Of a stretch of 64,000 nt of DNA, positions 17,756-29,994 are shown piece after piece. Position 1 is the stretch's first letter, and each line of letters opens with the position of its first letter. Origin of the DNA: an uncultured delta proteobacterium (GTDB taxonomy: Bacteria > Myxococcota_A > Polyangia > Fen-1088); the NCBI GenBank assembly GCA_963796685.1, contig CAWCMR010000013.1, forward strand, positions 256,001-320,000, given 5' to 3'. Under the pieces are notes generated by a model. It was not told where the DNA came from, made no database searches, and saw only the letters and a program-made list of their open reading frames with translations. A program made the position numbers and the translations under genes.

Positions 17756-18769
17756 GTGGATGAACGCGATCGACTTGCGACGCGGAGGCCGGCGCTCGTC
17801 GCGCGGGCCGCGATCATGCGGGCGGTGCGGGGCTACTTCGAGGCGCAGGGTTTCCTGGAGGTGGAGACGCCGGCGCGTGTGCTGTCGCCGGGGCAGGAGC
17901 TGCACCTGGAGGCGATTCCGGCGGGTGGCGGACGGCATCTCATCACGTCGCCCGAATACCACATGAAACGGTTGGTGGCGGGCGGGCTTGGGCGCATCGT
18001 GCAGTTCTGCCGCTGCTTTCGTGCCGAGGAAGTCGGGCCTTTTCACCAGCCGGAGTTCACCATGATCGAGTGGTACCGTGCTGGTGGCACCATGGTCGAG
18101 CTGATGCGCGACTGCGAAGCCATCGTCGAAGTCGCCGCTCACGCGGTGGGCACGTGGCCGAGGGCCTCCGTGCCGGACAACCGCCGAAGCCCGTACGGCG
18201 CCGAGGTCCTGGCGCTGGATGGAATGTTCGAGCGGACCACGGTTCGAGAGTTGTTTCGGCGCCATGCTGGCGTGGACCTTCGCGGCGACGAAAGCGAGGC
18301 CGACATGCGCGCTGTCGCCACGCGCGCTGGCTGCAAGGTCGGGCCGGCCGCTGCCTGGGACGACGCGTTCTATCAAATATTCCTGGACCGAATCGAAGCG
18401 CGTCTGGGATGTCTGCGGCCGACCTTCGTCCTCGACTGGCCCGTGCCGCTCGGTGCGCTGGCGCGGCGCAAACCCGACGATCCTCTCACGGTCGAGCGTT
18501 TCGAGCTCTACGCTGGCGGGGTGGAGTTGGCCAACGCGTTCGGCGAATTGACGGATGCGGTCGAGCAGCGTTCCCGGTTCGTCGAGGAAGCCGAGCTGCG
18601 GCGCCAGCGGGGCAGGGGCGTCTACCCCATCGACGAGAAACTGCTGACGGCGCTTGGTCACATGCCTTCCACCTGCGGAATCGCCCTTGGCTTCGATCGC
18701 TTGGTGATGTTGATACTTGGCGCGTCAAGGATTCGCGACGTCCTGGCCTTCGCCGATGACGAGGCGTAG
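17756..18769 (+). CDS. epmA: EF-P lysine aminoacylase EpmA (GenX/PoxA)
   Basis: GFLEVETP, LITSPEYHMKRL, FRAEE..HQPEFTMIEWY, ERFELY, ELANAFGEL, GIALGFDRL; no anticodon domain; next to efp. Confidence 0.95.
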   Translation: MDERDRLATRRPALVARAAIMRAVRGYFEAQGFLEVETPARVLSPGQELHLEAIPAGGGRHLITSPEYHMKRLVAGGLGRIVQFCRCFRAEEVGPFHQPEFTMIEWYRAGGTMVELMRDCEAIVEVAAHAVGTWPRASVPDNRRSPYGAEVLALDGMFERTTVRELFRRHAGVDLRGDESEADMRAVATRAGCKVGPAAAWDDAFYQIFLDRIEARLGCLRPTFVLDWPVPLGALARRKPDDPLTVERFELYAGGVELANAFGELTDAVEQRSRFVEEAELRRQRGRGVYPIDEKLLTALGHMPSTCGIALGFDRLVMLILGASRIRDVLAFADDEA

Positions 18770-18781
18770 CAGCATCCTTGC

Positions 18782-18810
18782 TTGACCCGAGATCCCCCCT
18801 CTGGTAAGCG
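18782..18810 (+). promoter_or_regulatory. Possible sigma70 promoter of yajC-secD-secF
   Basis: TTGACC-N17-TAAGCG with TG extension. Confidence 0.35.
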
Positions 18811-18819
18811 TTTGCCCTC

Positions 18820-19182
18820 GTGACTCAATTTCTATGTTCAATGGCTCAGGCAGCATCCACGTCCCAGGGACAGCCGTCCGGGACGGGCGGGCTCTCACAG
18901 ATGCTCGTTCCCATGCTGCTCATCTTCGGCGTTATGTACCTCCTGGTCATCCGGCCCCAGTCCAAGCGGGCCAAGGAGACGCAGAAGATGCTTGCCGAGC
19001 TGAAAAAAGGCGACGAGGTTGTCACCACCGGCGGCATGATCGGCCGTATCTCCGGAATCAAGGATACCGAGATCACGCTCCAGGTGCAGGAGGGCGTGCG
19101 CATCAGGATTCAGCGCAGTGCTGTGACCGGGCGGCTCAAGACCTCAACGGAGCCACCCAAGACTGAGGCCAAGGCCTCGTAG
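18820..19182 (+). CDS. yajC: Preprotein translocase subunit YajC
   Basis: TM + IRPQSKR, LKKGDEVVTTGGMIG; upstream of secD; start 18820 or 18841. Confidence 0.95.
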   Translation: MTQFLCSMAQAASTSQGQPSGTGGLSQMLVPMLLIFGVMYLLVIRPQSKRAKETQKMLAELKKGDEVVTTGGMIGRISGIKDTEITLQVQEGVRIRIQRSAVTGRLKTSTEPPKTEAKAS

Positions 19183-19200
19183 CCTTACAAGGAACACTCG

Positions 19201-20982
19201 ATGGAACGATCGTGGTGGTGGAAGGCCGCGCTATATTTCGCGGCAATCGTGCTGGCAGTGCTTTATCTGGTGCCCACCGTGGTGCCCGAGGACAAGCAGC
19301 CCGCCTTCATTCAAAAGTACTTCAAGAAGAAGATCCAGCTGGGCTTGGACCTCAAGGGCGGTTTGCACCTCGTCTACGAGGTGAACATCGAGAAGGCGGT
19401 CGCGAGCAAGGTCGACCGCCTGGCCAACGAGGTGGACGACGCGCTCAAGAAGAAGGGCGCCGATTTCACCATCGTGCGCAGCGGGCGCGACGACATCACC
19501 GTCACCTTCAAGGTGCCGGGTGAAATGTCCAAGCTCGACGACGAGCTTCTCAAACCTTACCGCCGCGACTTGGATGTCGTGAGCCGCGACCCGGCCACGG
19601 GCACGGTGAAGCTGAAGTACGATTCGGACCGCGTGGCCGAAGTCGAGGAGATGGCGCTACGCCAGGCCATCGAGACCATCCGGGGTCGCGTGGATGCCTT
19701 CGGCGTGGCCGAGCCCACCATCATCAAGAAGGGCACCGACATCGTGGTCGAGTTGCCCGGTGCCAAGGCCCAGGACTTCGAGCGAATCAAGGGCATCATC
19801 GGTCGCACCGCCCAGCTCGAGTTCAAGATCGTGGACGACGGCTCCGAGTACATGAAGAAGGTCGCGGCGTCCGTGCCCAAGGACAGTCCGATCAAAGTCG
19901 TTCCCGAGTCCTGGACGGAGAAACACTCGGGTGCACAGCACGAGGATCTCTACCTGCGCGTGAAGGAAAAGGACAAAGACGTCCTGACGAAGTTCATCGC
20001 CGGCCTCTCGGGTGATCTGGCGATCCCGAACGATCGCGAAATCGCGCTCGAGCTGATGAGCCCGCGCGAGGTCAGCGAAGGGACGCCGGACAGATACTAC
20101 CGCACCTATCTGCTCAAGAAGCGCGCTGGCGTCACGGGCGAGTACCTGGCCAACGCCGACGAGAGCTGGGACGAGATGGGGCGACCCGAGGTCGCCTTCA
20201 CCATGAATCGTCAGGGCGCCAACTTGATGGAGAAGCTGACGGGCGAGAACGTGGGGCGCAAGATGGCCGTCGTTCTCGACGACAAGATCACGAGCGCGCC
20301 GGTCATCGAGTCGAAGATCGGCGAACGCGGCCGAATCACGATGGGGGGCTACGGCGATCCGGCCAAGCTCCAGCAAGAGGTCAAGGATCTGGTCGGGGTG
20401 CTGCGTTCGGGTGCGTTGCCGGCGCCGCTCAAGAAGGTCTTCGAGACCCAGGTCGGCGCGACCATGGGCCAGGACGCCATCGACAAGGCCGAGTTCTCCA
20501 TGGGCATCGGCGCACTGGCCGTCGTCCTCTTCATGCTCATCTATTACCGGGTGGCCGGCCTCATCGCCAACCTCGCGATGACGCTCAACATGCTCTTCAT
20601 GATGGCGATCTTGGCCGCCTTCGAGGCCTCGTTGACCCTACCCGGTATCGCGGGCTTGGTGCTCACGATTGGTATGGCGGTGGATTCCAACATCATCATC
20701 TACGAGCGCATACGAGAGGAGCTGCGTATGGGCAAATCGCCGCGCACAGCGGTGGACGCGGGCTTCCAGCGCGCCTTCTGGACCGTGTTCGACGCCCACG
20801 TCACCAACTTCGTGGCCGGCATCGTGCTCTACTCGTATGGTTCCGGGCCCATCCGCGGGTTCGCCGTGACCTTGCTCGTCGGCATCGTCACCAACCTGCT
20901 CACCTCGGTGTGGATCTCGCACTGGATGTTCCAGCTTCTGGTGAACCGCCGCGGGACGGTCAAGGCCACGCTTTCAATCTAG
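19201..20982 (+). CDS. secD: Protein translocase subunit SecD
   Basis: LGLDLKGG, RVDAFGVAEP, LRSGALPAP, LTLPGIAG, GMAVDSNIIIYERIREE. Confidence 0.97.
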   Translation: MERSWWWKAALYFAAIVLAVLYLVPTVVPEDKQPAFIQKYFKKKIQLGLDLKGGLHLVYEVNIEKAVASKVDRLANEVDDALKKKGADFTIVRSGRDDITVTFKVPGEMSKLDDELLKPYRRDLDVVSRDPATGTVKLKYDSDRVAEVEEMALRQAIETIRGRVDAFGVAEPTIIKKGTDIVVELPGAKAQDFERIKGIIGRTAQLEFKIVDDGSEYMKKVAASVPKDSPIKVVPESWTEKHSGAQHEDLYLRVKEKDKDVLTKFIAGLSGDLAIPNDREIALELMSPREVSEGTPDRYYRTYLLKKRAGVTGEYLANADESWDEMGRPEVAFTMNRQGANLMEKLTGENVGRKMAVVLDDKITSAPVIESKIGERGRITMGGYGDPAKLQQEVKDLVGVLRSGALPAPLKKVFETQVGATMGQDAIDKAEFSMGIGALAVVLFMLIYYRVAGLIANLAMTLNMLFMMAILAAFEASLTLPGIAGLVLTIGMAVDSNIIIYERIREELRMGKSPRTAVDAGFQRAFWTVFDAHVTNFVAGIVLYSYGSGPIRGFAVTLLVGIVTNLLTSVWISHWMFQLLVNRRGTVKATLSI

Positions 20983-21000
20983 CAGGCAGGAGAGATACCG

Positions 21001-22254
21001 ATGGCGGAGCAACAGAAATTCTTTGAAGTCATCAAGTCGGGCACCGACATCGACTTCATCGGCAACCAGAAATACTGGATTGGGACGTCGATCTTCCTTG
21101 TCCTCCTGACCTTCGTCATGTTGCCGGTCAACGCGTACCTCATCAAGGACCGCGGCCACATGCTGAACTGGGGTGTGGATTTCAAGGGCGGCACCGAGCT
21201 GGTGGTCGAGTTCAGCAAGCCCGTGGACGCATCGCAGGTGCGTGATGCCTTGAACGCGGCGGGGTTGGAAAACGCCGACGTGGTGAAGTACGGCGGCACC
21301 GCGACGACGGCCTTCATGATTCGACTTGGTGCCGTCTCGATCATGTCGGCGGAGCAGGCCAAGAAAATCGAGGTTGCCCTCGCCCATGTCGGCGATGCCA
21401 GCCTCCACAAGCTCGAATCCTCGGAGGGTGGAGACAAGATCTACCTGCGCTTCGACAAGAACGTCGAGCCCAACGCCATCACCGCAGCGCTAGGCGCAAC
21501 GGGAACCGAATCGACCCAGATTCAGGCCTTCGGTCCACCCGAGGACCACACTTATGAGGTTACCCTCATCGGCATGGACCGGGTGGTACGCAAGGCCCTG
21601 GACGCCAAGCTGGGCGCGGGGACGGTGAAGGCCATCCCGCAGGTCTCGTCCGTCGGCGCCAAGGCCGGCAAGCAGCTTCAGGTCGACGGCGTGCGCGCCT
21701 TGCTCGGCGCCATCCTCCTCATCGTCATCTACGTGGCCTTTCGTTTCGACTTCCGCTACGGCCCAGGTACCATCGTGGCCTTGTTGCACGACGCGGTCAT
21801 CACCGTGGGCGCTTTTGCCGTCACCTACAAGGAATTCTCGCTTACCACGCTGGCCGCGATCTTGACCATCATCGGCTTCTCGATGAACGACACCATCGTG
21901 GTTTTCGACCGTATTCGCGAGAACGCGGCCAAGTACCGCGACAGGAAGTTCGACAAGGTCGTGAACCATGCCATCAACGAGACCCTGTCGCGCACCATCC
22001 TGACCAGCGCCACGGTCTTTTTCGTAACCCTGGCCATGAACGTCTTCGGCACCGGCGTCATTCGCGACTTCGCCTTCGCCATGAACGTCGGCGTGATCGT
22101 CGGCACCTACTCGTCGATCTTCATCGCCAGCCCGATCCTCATCTGGCTCAACGAGAAGTACGTGGCCATGCAGAAACGACAGTCCTCACGCCCCGAGCGC
22201 AACGTGCGCAAGCCGGTCCGACGCGACGAAGAAGAACCCGTCGAGACGACCTAG
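21001..22254 (+). CDS. secF: Protein translocase subunit SecF
   Basis: GVDFKGG, ALLHD, GFSMNDTIVVFDRIRE, TLSRT, GTYSSIFIA. Confidence 0.97.
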   Translation: MAEQQKFFEVIKSGTDIDFIGNQKYWIGTSIFLVLLTFVMLPVNAYLIKDRGHMLNWGVDFKGGTELVVEFSKPVDASQVRDALNAAGLENADVVKYGGTATTAFMIRLGAVSIMSAEQAKKIEVALAHVGDASLHKLESSEGGDKIYLRFDKNVEPNAITAALGATGTESTQIQAFGPPEDHTYEVTLIGMDRVVRKALDAKLGAGTVKAIPQVSSVGAKAGKQLQVDGVRALLGAILLIVIYVAFRFDFRYGPGTIVALLHDAVITVGAFAVTYKEFSLTTLAAILTIIGFSMNDTIVVFDRIRENAAKYRDRKFDKVVNHAINETLSRTILTSATVFFVTLAMNVFGTGVIRDFAFAMNVGVIVGTYSSIFIASPILIWLNEKYVAMQKRQSSRPERNVRKPVRRDEEEPVETT

Positions 22255-22266
22255 ACCGGGCCGGCC

Positions 22267-23968
22267 ATGGCCGTTGCTTGGCGTCTCAGACCGGCCGACG
22301 AGGACAGCGCGAGAGGACTCGTGGTCGGCCTTGGGATGCGCGGGCTGACCGCCCGTATCCTCGCCGCGCGCGGATTCTCGACCAGCGAACGTGCCTCGCG
22401 CTTTCTGTCACCGCGGCTTGCGGAGCTGCGGCCCCCGCTTGGCATGGCGGATCTGGATCGCGCCCTGGATCGTATCGCGCGCGCTGTACGTGACAACGAA
22501 AAGGTCGCCGTGTTCGGCGACTACGATGTGGATGGCATCACCAGCGCGGCCATTCTCAACCAGTTGCTGTGCTCCCTCGGCCTGCAGGTGGCGACCCGAA
22601 TGGCCAGGCGTGCCTCGGGTTATGGCTTCTCCCTGGGCGATGCCACGTCTTTCGTCGAGCGAGGTTGCACCCTGGTCCTGACCGGTGACTGTGGAACGAG
22701 CGACCACGATTCGCTGGCCTTCTGTCGCAGCCGCGGCGTCGACGTCATCGTCATCGACCACCATCACGTGCCGACCGGCGAGAGCGCTGCCTATGCGTTG
22801 CTCAATTCCCATCGACAGGACGACACCTTCGCCTTCAAGGGCCTCGCCTCTTGCGGCGTGGCATTCTACCTCGCGGCGGCGGTGCGGTCGCGACTGCGCG
22901 CCGAGGGGGACAGTCGGGGCGACAGCCTCGACCCGCGCGCTTGGCTGGACTTGGTCGCCCTGGGCACGATTGCCGATTTGGTTCCGCTCGTGGACGAGAA
23001 TCGAATTCTGGTGTCGGCCGGCTTGCGCGAGCTTCTCGGCGCTGCGACGGCCGGGCATCGCCGCGCTCGCCGGCATCGCGGGTATTTCGTCCGCCGAGCT
23101 CGACACCGCCGACATCAGTTTCCGGCTGGCACCGCGGCTCAACGCCGCCGGCCGTCTCGGCGATTCGCAGCTCGCGCTCGACCTGCTTTTGGCCAGCGAC
23201 AAGGCCGAGGCAACGCGACTGGCGACCAACCTCGACGACCTGAACCGCGAGCGCCAACGCATCCAGGAGCGAATCTGGGGGGAAGCGGTCGCGCAGGCCG
23301 AGCAGCGCGGCGGCGATGCAGCGTTGGTCCTGGGGGCGGAAGGATGGCACCAGGGCGTGGTAGGCGTCGTGGCGGCGAAGCTGGTCGAGAAGTATCGCAG
23401 GCCCGTCGTCATCATCGGATTCGACAAGGGGCAAGGCAGGGGGTCCGCGCGTACCCTGGGCGGCTTCGACCTGTACCAGGCGCTGTCCCAATGTCGGGAG
23501 CATCTTTCGGCTTTCGGCGGTCATTCCATGGCCGCCGGTGTCGGCTTGCCATGGGAGAACCTGGCCGATTTTCGTGCCGCATTCGTGACCGCCGCGTGCG
23601 CCCATTTTGCGTCGACGCCGACGGAAGACACCGTGGAGGTCGATGCCATCGCGACCTTGTCCGAGCTGGACACGATTCAAATCGAGGAGTTGGACCGGCT
23701 CGCGCCTTTCGGAAACGCGAACGGCGAGCCGCTCATCGTGGTCCCGGGCGTCGTCGCCCGAAGCACGCGGGTGGTTGGAACGTCACACCTTCAGCTCACC
23801 TTGACCCATGGCGCCTCGGTCAGCGAGGCCATCGCCTTCGGCATGGCCGACAAGGATCCGGGGCAGGGCGCCCGACTGGATGTCATCGGAACGGCGGAGC
23901 TTGACGAGTTTCGCGGCCAGCGCAAGATTCGATTGCGTCTGCGGCACTTGATGAGGAGCGTGTCTTGA
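22267..23968 (+). pseudogene. recJ: ssDNA exonuclease RecJ, split by one extra base at ~23033-23035 (pseudogene or sequencing error)
   Basis: GDYDVDG, DCG, IDHH, GTIAD in frame 22267; APRLNAAGR, GSAR, GGH in frame 22685; junction GAG CTT C TCG GCG CTG. Confidence 0.9.
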
Positions 23969-24255
23969 ACATGGTTCCCGATGATGATGACGACGATGGC
24001 GCCAACCGCAATGTCGAGAACGAAATCCCTCGTCGGGGGCTTCTTTCCACCCTTCCCAAACACACCTTCTCTCGGATCCTGCTGCTGCTTGCGGCATTGG
24101 CCGGTATCATCTACTTGAGGCAGCGAACCGGATCGATCGCGAGCTGCATGGCGAATGCGTTCAACCTTCCCCCGCCGGCGAAGCAAACCACGACTTCGGC
24201 GCCGATGAGAGCGCGTGTGGTCTTGCCGGCCGAGTCGGCGAGAGATCAGCGCTGA
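23965..24255 (+). CDS. Small single-TM hypothetical protein
   Basis: Overlaps recJ stop and terC start; acidic N-terminus; one hydrophobic helix; alternative ATG 23971. Confidence 0.65.
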   Translation: MNMVPDDDDDDGANRNVENEIPRRGLLSTLPKHTFSRILLLLAALAGIIYLRQRTGSIASCMANAFNLPPPAKQTTTSAPMRARVVLPAESARDQR

Positions 24256-25162
24256 TGAGCTCAGGCGGAACGCCTCTGGCTTGGGGAATCTTTGCGCTCG
24301 TCGTTGTGCTCGCACTGGCTTTGGACCTGGGGCTGTTCCACCGCCAGGCTCGCGAGCTTGGCATGCGCGAGGCCTGCGTTTGGGTCGGGATTTGGGGCCT
24401 GCTGGCGGGTGCCTTCGCTGCCTACGTCTTCCTGCGGTTCGGAACGGCGAAAGGGCTCGAATTCACCCAGGGCTATCTGCTCGAGCTGGCCCTCTCGACG
24501 GACAACCTCTTCGTCTTCATCCTGATCTTCTCCTACTTTCGCGTGCCTCGGGCCTACCAGCACAGGATTCTCTTCTGGGGCATCTTGGGCGCCGTGTTGA
24601 CCCGGGGCGCATTCATCTCGGTGGGCGCCGCCGCGATCCATCGCTTTCGCTGGATTCTGTATCTCCTGGGGGCCTTCCTCTTGGTCGCGGCGTTCAAGCT
24701 CGTCTTTCAAAAGGAATCCGAGGTGGATCCGTCGCGCAACCCGGTGTTGCGTCTGTTTCGGCGTCTCGTCCCCGTGGCCGACGATGAAACCGGCCCACGC
24801 TTCACCGTGCGACGGCAAGGCAGGCTGCTGGCCACGCCGTTGCTGGCGGTGCTGATCGTGATCGAGGCCGTGGACGTCACCTTTGCCGTGGATTCCATCC
24901 CTGCCATTTTCGGGGTGACCACCGACGTGTTCATCGTGCTGACCTCGAACGTGTTCGCCATCCTCGGCTTGCGCTCGCTGTTCTTCCTGGTTTCGGGCCT
25001 GGCCCGGAAGCTCGCCTACCTGAACTATGGCATCGCCGCCGTGTTGGCCTTCATCGGCGCGAAGATCATTCTCGAGCCCTTCGTGACCGTCCCGGTCTTG
25101 CTTTCGCTGGCCATCGTGGTGGGCGTGCTGCTGCTGGCCACCGCGGCCTCTTTGCTTGGCCA

Positions 25163-25181
<19 letters not shown>
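24255..25181 (+). CDS. TerC/Alx family metal homeostasis membrane protein
   Basis: GYLLELALSTDNLFVF, QHRILFWGILGA, DVTFAVDSIPAIF, SNVFAILGLRSLFF. Confidence 0.93.
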
Positions 25182-26404
<1,223 letters not shown>

Positions 26405-26407
26405 GGG

Positions 26408-27667
26408 TTAGCGCGGATTGGGGGACGAGTCTGAGCTTGGAATTCCTGGCGCGGGCACACGGTTCGCCGTCTCCCCCGCCGCGTGGGTGGGAACGGAGGG
26501 CAAGTCGGGTGGGCTCGATTGTTGGAAGGCCAAGAAGATGGCACCGCCGAGGGCGGCGAGAAGGGTCACCAGCACGAAGGTGAGAAGGGGACGCGAGCTG
26601 GACTCCTCGGCCGGCCGGACCTCGGTGTTGGTCGAGGGGGTCGACGCGGTGGGGCTGACAAGGGTCGTCGGCAGAGCGCCGGGGCTGGTGGCTTCGATGG
26701 CGTCGAGGTGGACCGGAACCTCCTCGGTAATCTTTTCTATCGGGTGGTGCGGGATGCGTTTGGGCGGCTCGGGGTCGTCCGGATCCTCACCCGGATCGAA
26801 CATGGCAAACCCGAGCTCGGCGTTCGCATCCGGCTCGGGCAAGGCATCGCCTTCGACGCGGGCGATGACCACGCTGATGTTGTCGGGCCCTTCACGTTCC
26901 AGGGCTTTGCCGATGAGGACCTCACAGGCCTTCTTGGGATCGGGCTCGCCGAGGAGGATGTCTCGCATCTCTTCATCGGCGACCGGACCGTGCAACCCGT
27001 CCGAAGAGAGTAGAACCACGTCGCCGCGACAAAGCAGGACATGAGACAAGACCACATCGACCTTCTCCTGCACGCCCAGGGCTTGCAGGATGATGTTTGC
27101 ATGCTCGAAGCTCTTGGCTTCCTCCACCGTCATCGCGCCAGCCTCGATCAGCTGCCAGGCCAGGGATTGGTCCTTGGTGACCTGAACAAGCTTCCCCGCG
27201 CGCAACACATAGCAGCGCGAGTCGCCGATCTGACCGATGAGAAGGGTTCGGTCCACCAGTCCCGCGGCGGTGCACGTGGTGCCCATGCCGCGCTCGTTTT
27301 GGTTGATGCGCGATTGGATGTGGATCTTTTCGTTCGCGTTCTCGATGGCCCGGCGCAGGCTGCGGGCATAGCGCTCGCGCGTCGTCGGGGCGCGAGCTTC
27401 CATCTCGCTCGTGATGGAATCGACGGCCATGGTCGAGGCCACTTCGCCAGCGGCGGCACCACCCATTCCGTCGCAAACCAGGAAGATCGCTCCCTTGCGG
27501 CCGAGCGTGAACTCGAGGACCTCGTCCGGGGCGGAGGTCCGCAGCCCCGTCTCGACGTTGGCCAGAAGAAAGTTGTCCTCGTTGTGTTCGCGGATGAGCC
27601 CCACATCGGTCTTGCCGAAAGCGGTAATCTTGATATCCGAGGAGCTTTCCATCCCGCTAGCCGTCAT
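26408..27667 (-). CDS. PP2C-family Ser/Thr phosphatase (Stp1/IreP-like) with C-terminal TM
   Basis: DVGLIREHNED, DGMGGAAAGEVAS, GDSR, SDGL, DNISV. Confidence 0.95.
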   Translation of the reverse strand: MTASGMESSSDIKITAFGKTDVGLIREHNEDNFLLANVETGLRTSAPDEVLEFTLGRKGAIFLVCDGMGGAAAGEVASTMAVDSITSEMEARAPTTRERYARSLRRAIENANEKIHIQSRINQNERGMGTTCTAAGLVDRTLLIGQIGDSRCYVLRAGKLVQVTKDQSLAWQLIEAGAMTVEEAKSFEHANIILQALGVQEKVDVVLSHVLLCRGDVVLLSSDGLHGPVADEEMRDILLGEPDPKKACEVLIGKALEREGPDNISVVIARVEGDALPEPDANAELGFAMFDPGEDPDDPEPPKRIPHHPIEKITEEVPVHLDAIEATSPGALPTTLVSPTASTPSTNTEVRPAEESSSRPLLTFVLVTLLAALGGAIFLAFQQSSPPDLPSVPTHAAGETANRVPAPGIPSSDSSPNPR

Positions 27668-27713
27668 TCAGCCTGGTGCACCGTCGCAGCGCTATAGTAA
27701 CACCAGCTTCGCT

Positions 27714-28619
27714 CTAACCTGGCTCGAAGCGCAAGAGCTCATCGCCTAGGCGGATCATTTGGCCTGGGTCGATCACGTGCTGTCCGGTCAGACGGACGTA
27801 GGTGCCATTCGAGCTTCCTTGATCCGAAATCATGGCGCGGTTGCCGCGGAACTGCAGCAGGGCGTGCCGACGGGACATGAATTCGTCGTCGGAAAACACG
27901 ATGTCGCCTTGCTCGCGTCCGATGATGAGGTCGCTCCTCGTCAGGTGGTAGACGTCGCGGCTGGTCCCTGCGGCCGTGATCTGCCGCAGCCTGCCCCACG
28001 GCGACTTGAGAGGCGTGCCGAACAGGATCATGCCGTGCTCGACGGCAGGACGAAGGGTCTTCTCGGCATCGGGGACAGCCTCGAACCGCAGGACTTGCTT
28101 GCCCACCAGGATGTAGTGGCCATCCTCCAGCTCGGTGGGGGCCGTGATGCGGACGTAGACGCCGTTACGGTTCTCGAGCGGGGTGATGACGTATTGGCCG
28201 GCCCGGAAGGTGATGCGCGCGTGCCTTTCGGCCAGGTGCTTGTCGTCGAAGCGCAGATCGCCCTCGCTTCGACCGATGTCGATCTGCTCGCCCAGGATGG
28301 CATAGGATTCGCCGTCGGTACCGTCGCGCCGCACGGCCACCAGGCGCGCACCGCCGGCTCCGCCCGCCGTGGACAGGGAAGGGCGGGCGGCCACGGCGGC
28401 GGCAAGGGCGATCGACGCGTCGGCGCTCATGGGGGTGGTGTGGCCGAGCCTCCTGCCGCAGGCGAAGCAGAAATTGGTGTCGAGAGGGTTGCGGTTGCCA
28501 CAGCCCGAGCAGATGAGCGCCGAACCCGCACCCGACGCATCGGCGATGGGTGCGCCGCAACGCTGGCAGAAGGCTGAACCGTCCGCGACCACGCTACCGC
28601 ACTGAAAGCAGGTCAACAT
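27714..28619 (-). CDS. Double zinc-ribbon + two FHA domain protein
   Basis: Four CxxC pairs; FHA1 IGR..AERH..NGVYV; FHA2 IGR..SRRH..SNGTYV. Confidence 0.92.
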   Translation of the reverse strand: MLTCFQCGSVVADGSAFCQRCGAPIADASGAGSALICSGCGNRNPLDTNFCFACGRRLGHTTPMSADASIALAAAVAARPSLSTAGGAGGARLVAVRRDGTDGESYAILGEQIDIGRSEGDLRFDDKHLAERHARITFRAGQYVITPLENRNGVYVRITAPTELEDGHYILVGKQVLRFEAVPDAEKTLRPAVEHGMILFGTPLKSPWGRLRQITAAGTSRDVYHLTRSDLIIGREQGDIVFSDDEFMSRRHALLQFRGNRAMISDQGSSNGTYVRLTGQHVIDPGQMIRLGDELLRFEPG

Positions 28620-28880
28620 CTTGAATCAGGGTTGGAGGCTATCGCAAGTTTGCCTGGCCGGGGACGAGAAGGGGAAAGATTGGGCATAGACCCAAGAAGC
28701 ATTGCAAGGCGGTCCATCCTCTACTAAAAGTCTGGCGGCAGCATCACCGTCTTTCCGGGATCGGTTGCCCGGTCATTCACAGTGTCTCTATACTTACCAG
28801 CGATTTCGGAGAGCGTCAATTTCGCGCGGCGGTCAGCGCCGAGGCGGGTTGCCGATGGACGCCGTACCCATGAATGGGTG

Positions 28881-29994
28881 ATGGACGCTGCGTTCGCGCT
28901 GGTTGTGCTGGCGCTCGCGTCTTGTGGTCCCTTGGTGGAGAATGCACCGTTCACGGTTCGCCCGGACACGTTGCAGCCTGGCGATTCTGCTCGGACCCTT
29001 CGATGGCACCGTTGTCGACGCCGAGACCCTCCGTCCGATTGCGTCGGCGACGGTGACCGGCTCGTGGGCATTCGAGCGAGGCATCGGCATGGTCGGCCCG
29101 GCGGGTACGCGCGAGCGCAGTCTGGAGACCAGCGCGGACGGGCGCTACGAGATTCCGCGTCCCGATGATCTTCCCACGGGTGAAACGATGCGTTTGCGGC
29201 GGTTCACGCTTATCGTCTACCGACGCGGCTATGTCGCGTATCGCAGTGACTTCAAGTTCGGCAGCAACGAAGCTCGCCACGACTTCAGCCAGCACGCGAA
29301 CAAGGTCCGGCTCGAAAGATGGCAACCCACCATGGAGCATCGCCGTCACCTCGCCTTCCTTGGCGGTGGGCAGGCCATTGCCAAGGCGGCGGGGTGGGAA
29401 GCCCAGCCCGCGAGTCTCGAATACGAGGGACTGGCCGCCCCCCACATCGCGGAACCCCAAGAGGCGAAGACAGTCGCCGCGGGCGAACAGATGCTCGACG
29501 CCTCGCCCCTGTTGTCGGTGGAGGAGGTTCGTGGCGTCACCGGGTTCGCGGGCGAGCTCGAAGTCGGAAGAATGACCGACCGCGTTCGCAGCGATGTCTA
29601 TGACAGTCGGCACTTCAAGGCCAAGGGCAAGTCCGAGGCATTCGACGTCGGCCTGCGCGTGTGGGCCCTTGGACCCGCGGCAGCCGAAGCGCAGTTCACG
29701 AGGCTGGCAACGGAATTGCCTGCCGCGCACACCACTGAGGAGATCGGCGATCGGTCGCTTCGCGCGCGCGGCGGCGACGTTCTGGGCTTGGCCTTTCTCC
29801 TGCGGGAGAAGGGGCTGGTCGTCCAAATAAGCTGCGGCACGTCCCAGTGCACCGAGCCTGGCATGGTGCTCCGCCTGGCCAAATTGGTGGAAAGCCACGT
29901 GGGCGAATTGCGCCAAGCCAATCCGGCCCAGAAGAAGACGGACACCTCTCCTCAATCCAGGGAGACTCCGGCAGAGACAAAGGGCGAGCCATGA
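28881..29994 (+). CDS. Lipoprotein with carboxypeptidase-regulatory-like (transthyretin-like) domain; frameshifted at ~28985
   Basis: Frame 28782 gives FALVVLALASCGPLVENAPF..PGD; frame 28903 continues LLGPFDGTVVDAET..TSADGRYEI; junction GGC GAT T CTG CTC. Start uncertain. Confidence 0.7.

Noticed and set aside
23965-24255. yybP-ykoY riboswitch before terC/alx
   Set aside because: No leader: the start overlaps the upstream ORF stop (TGATG), and I saw no motif.
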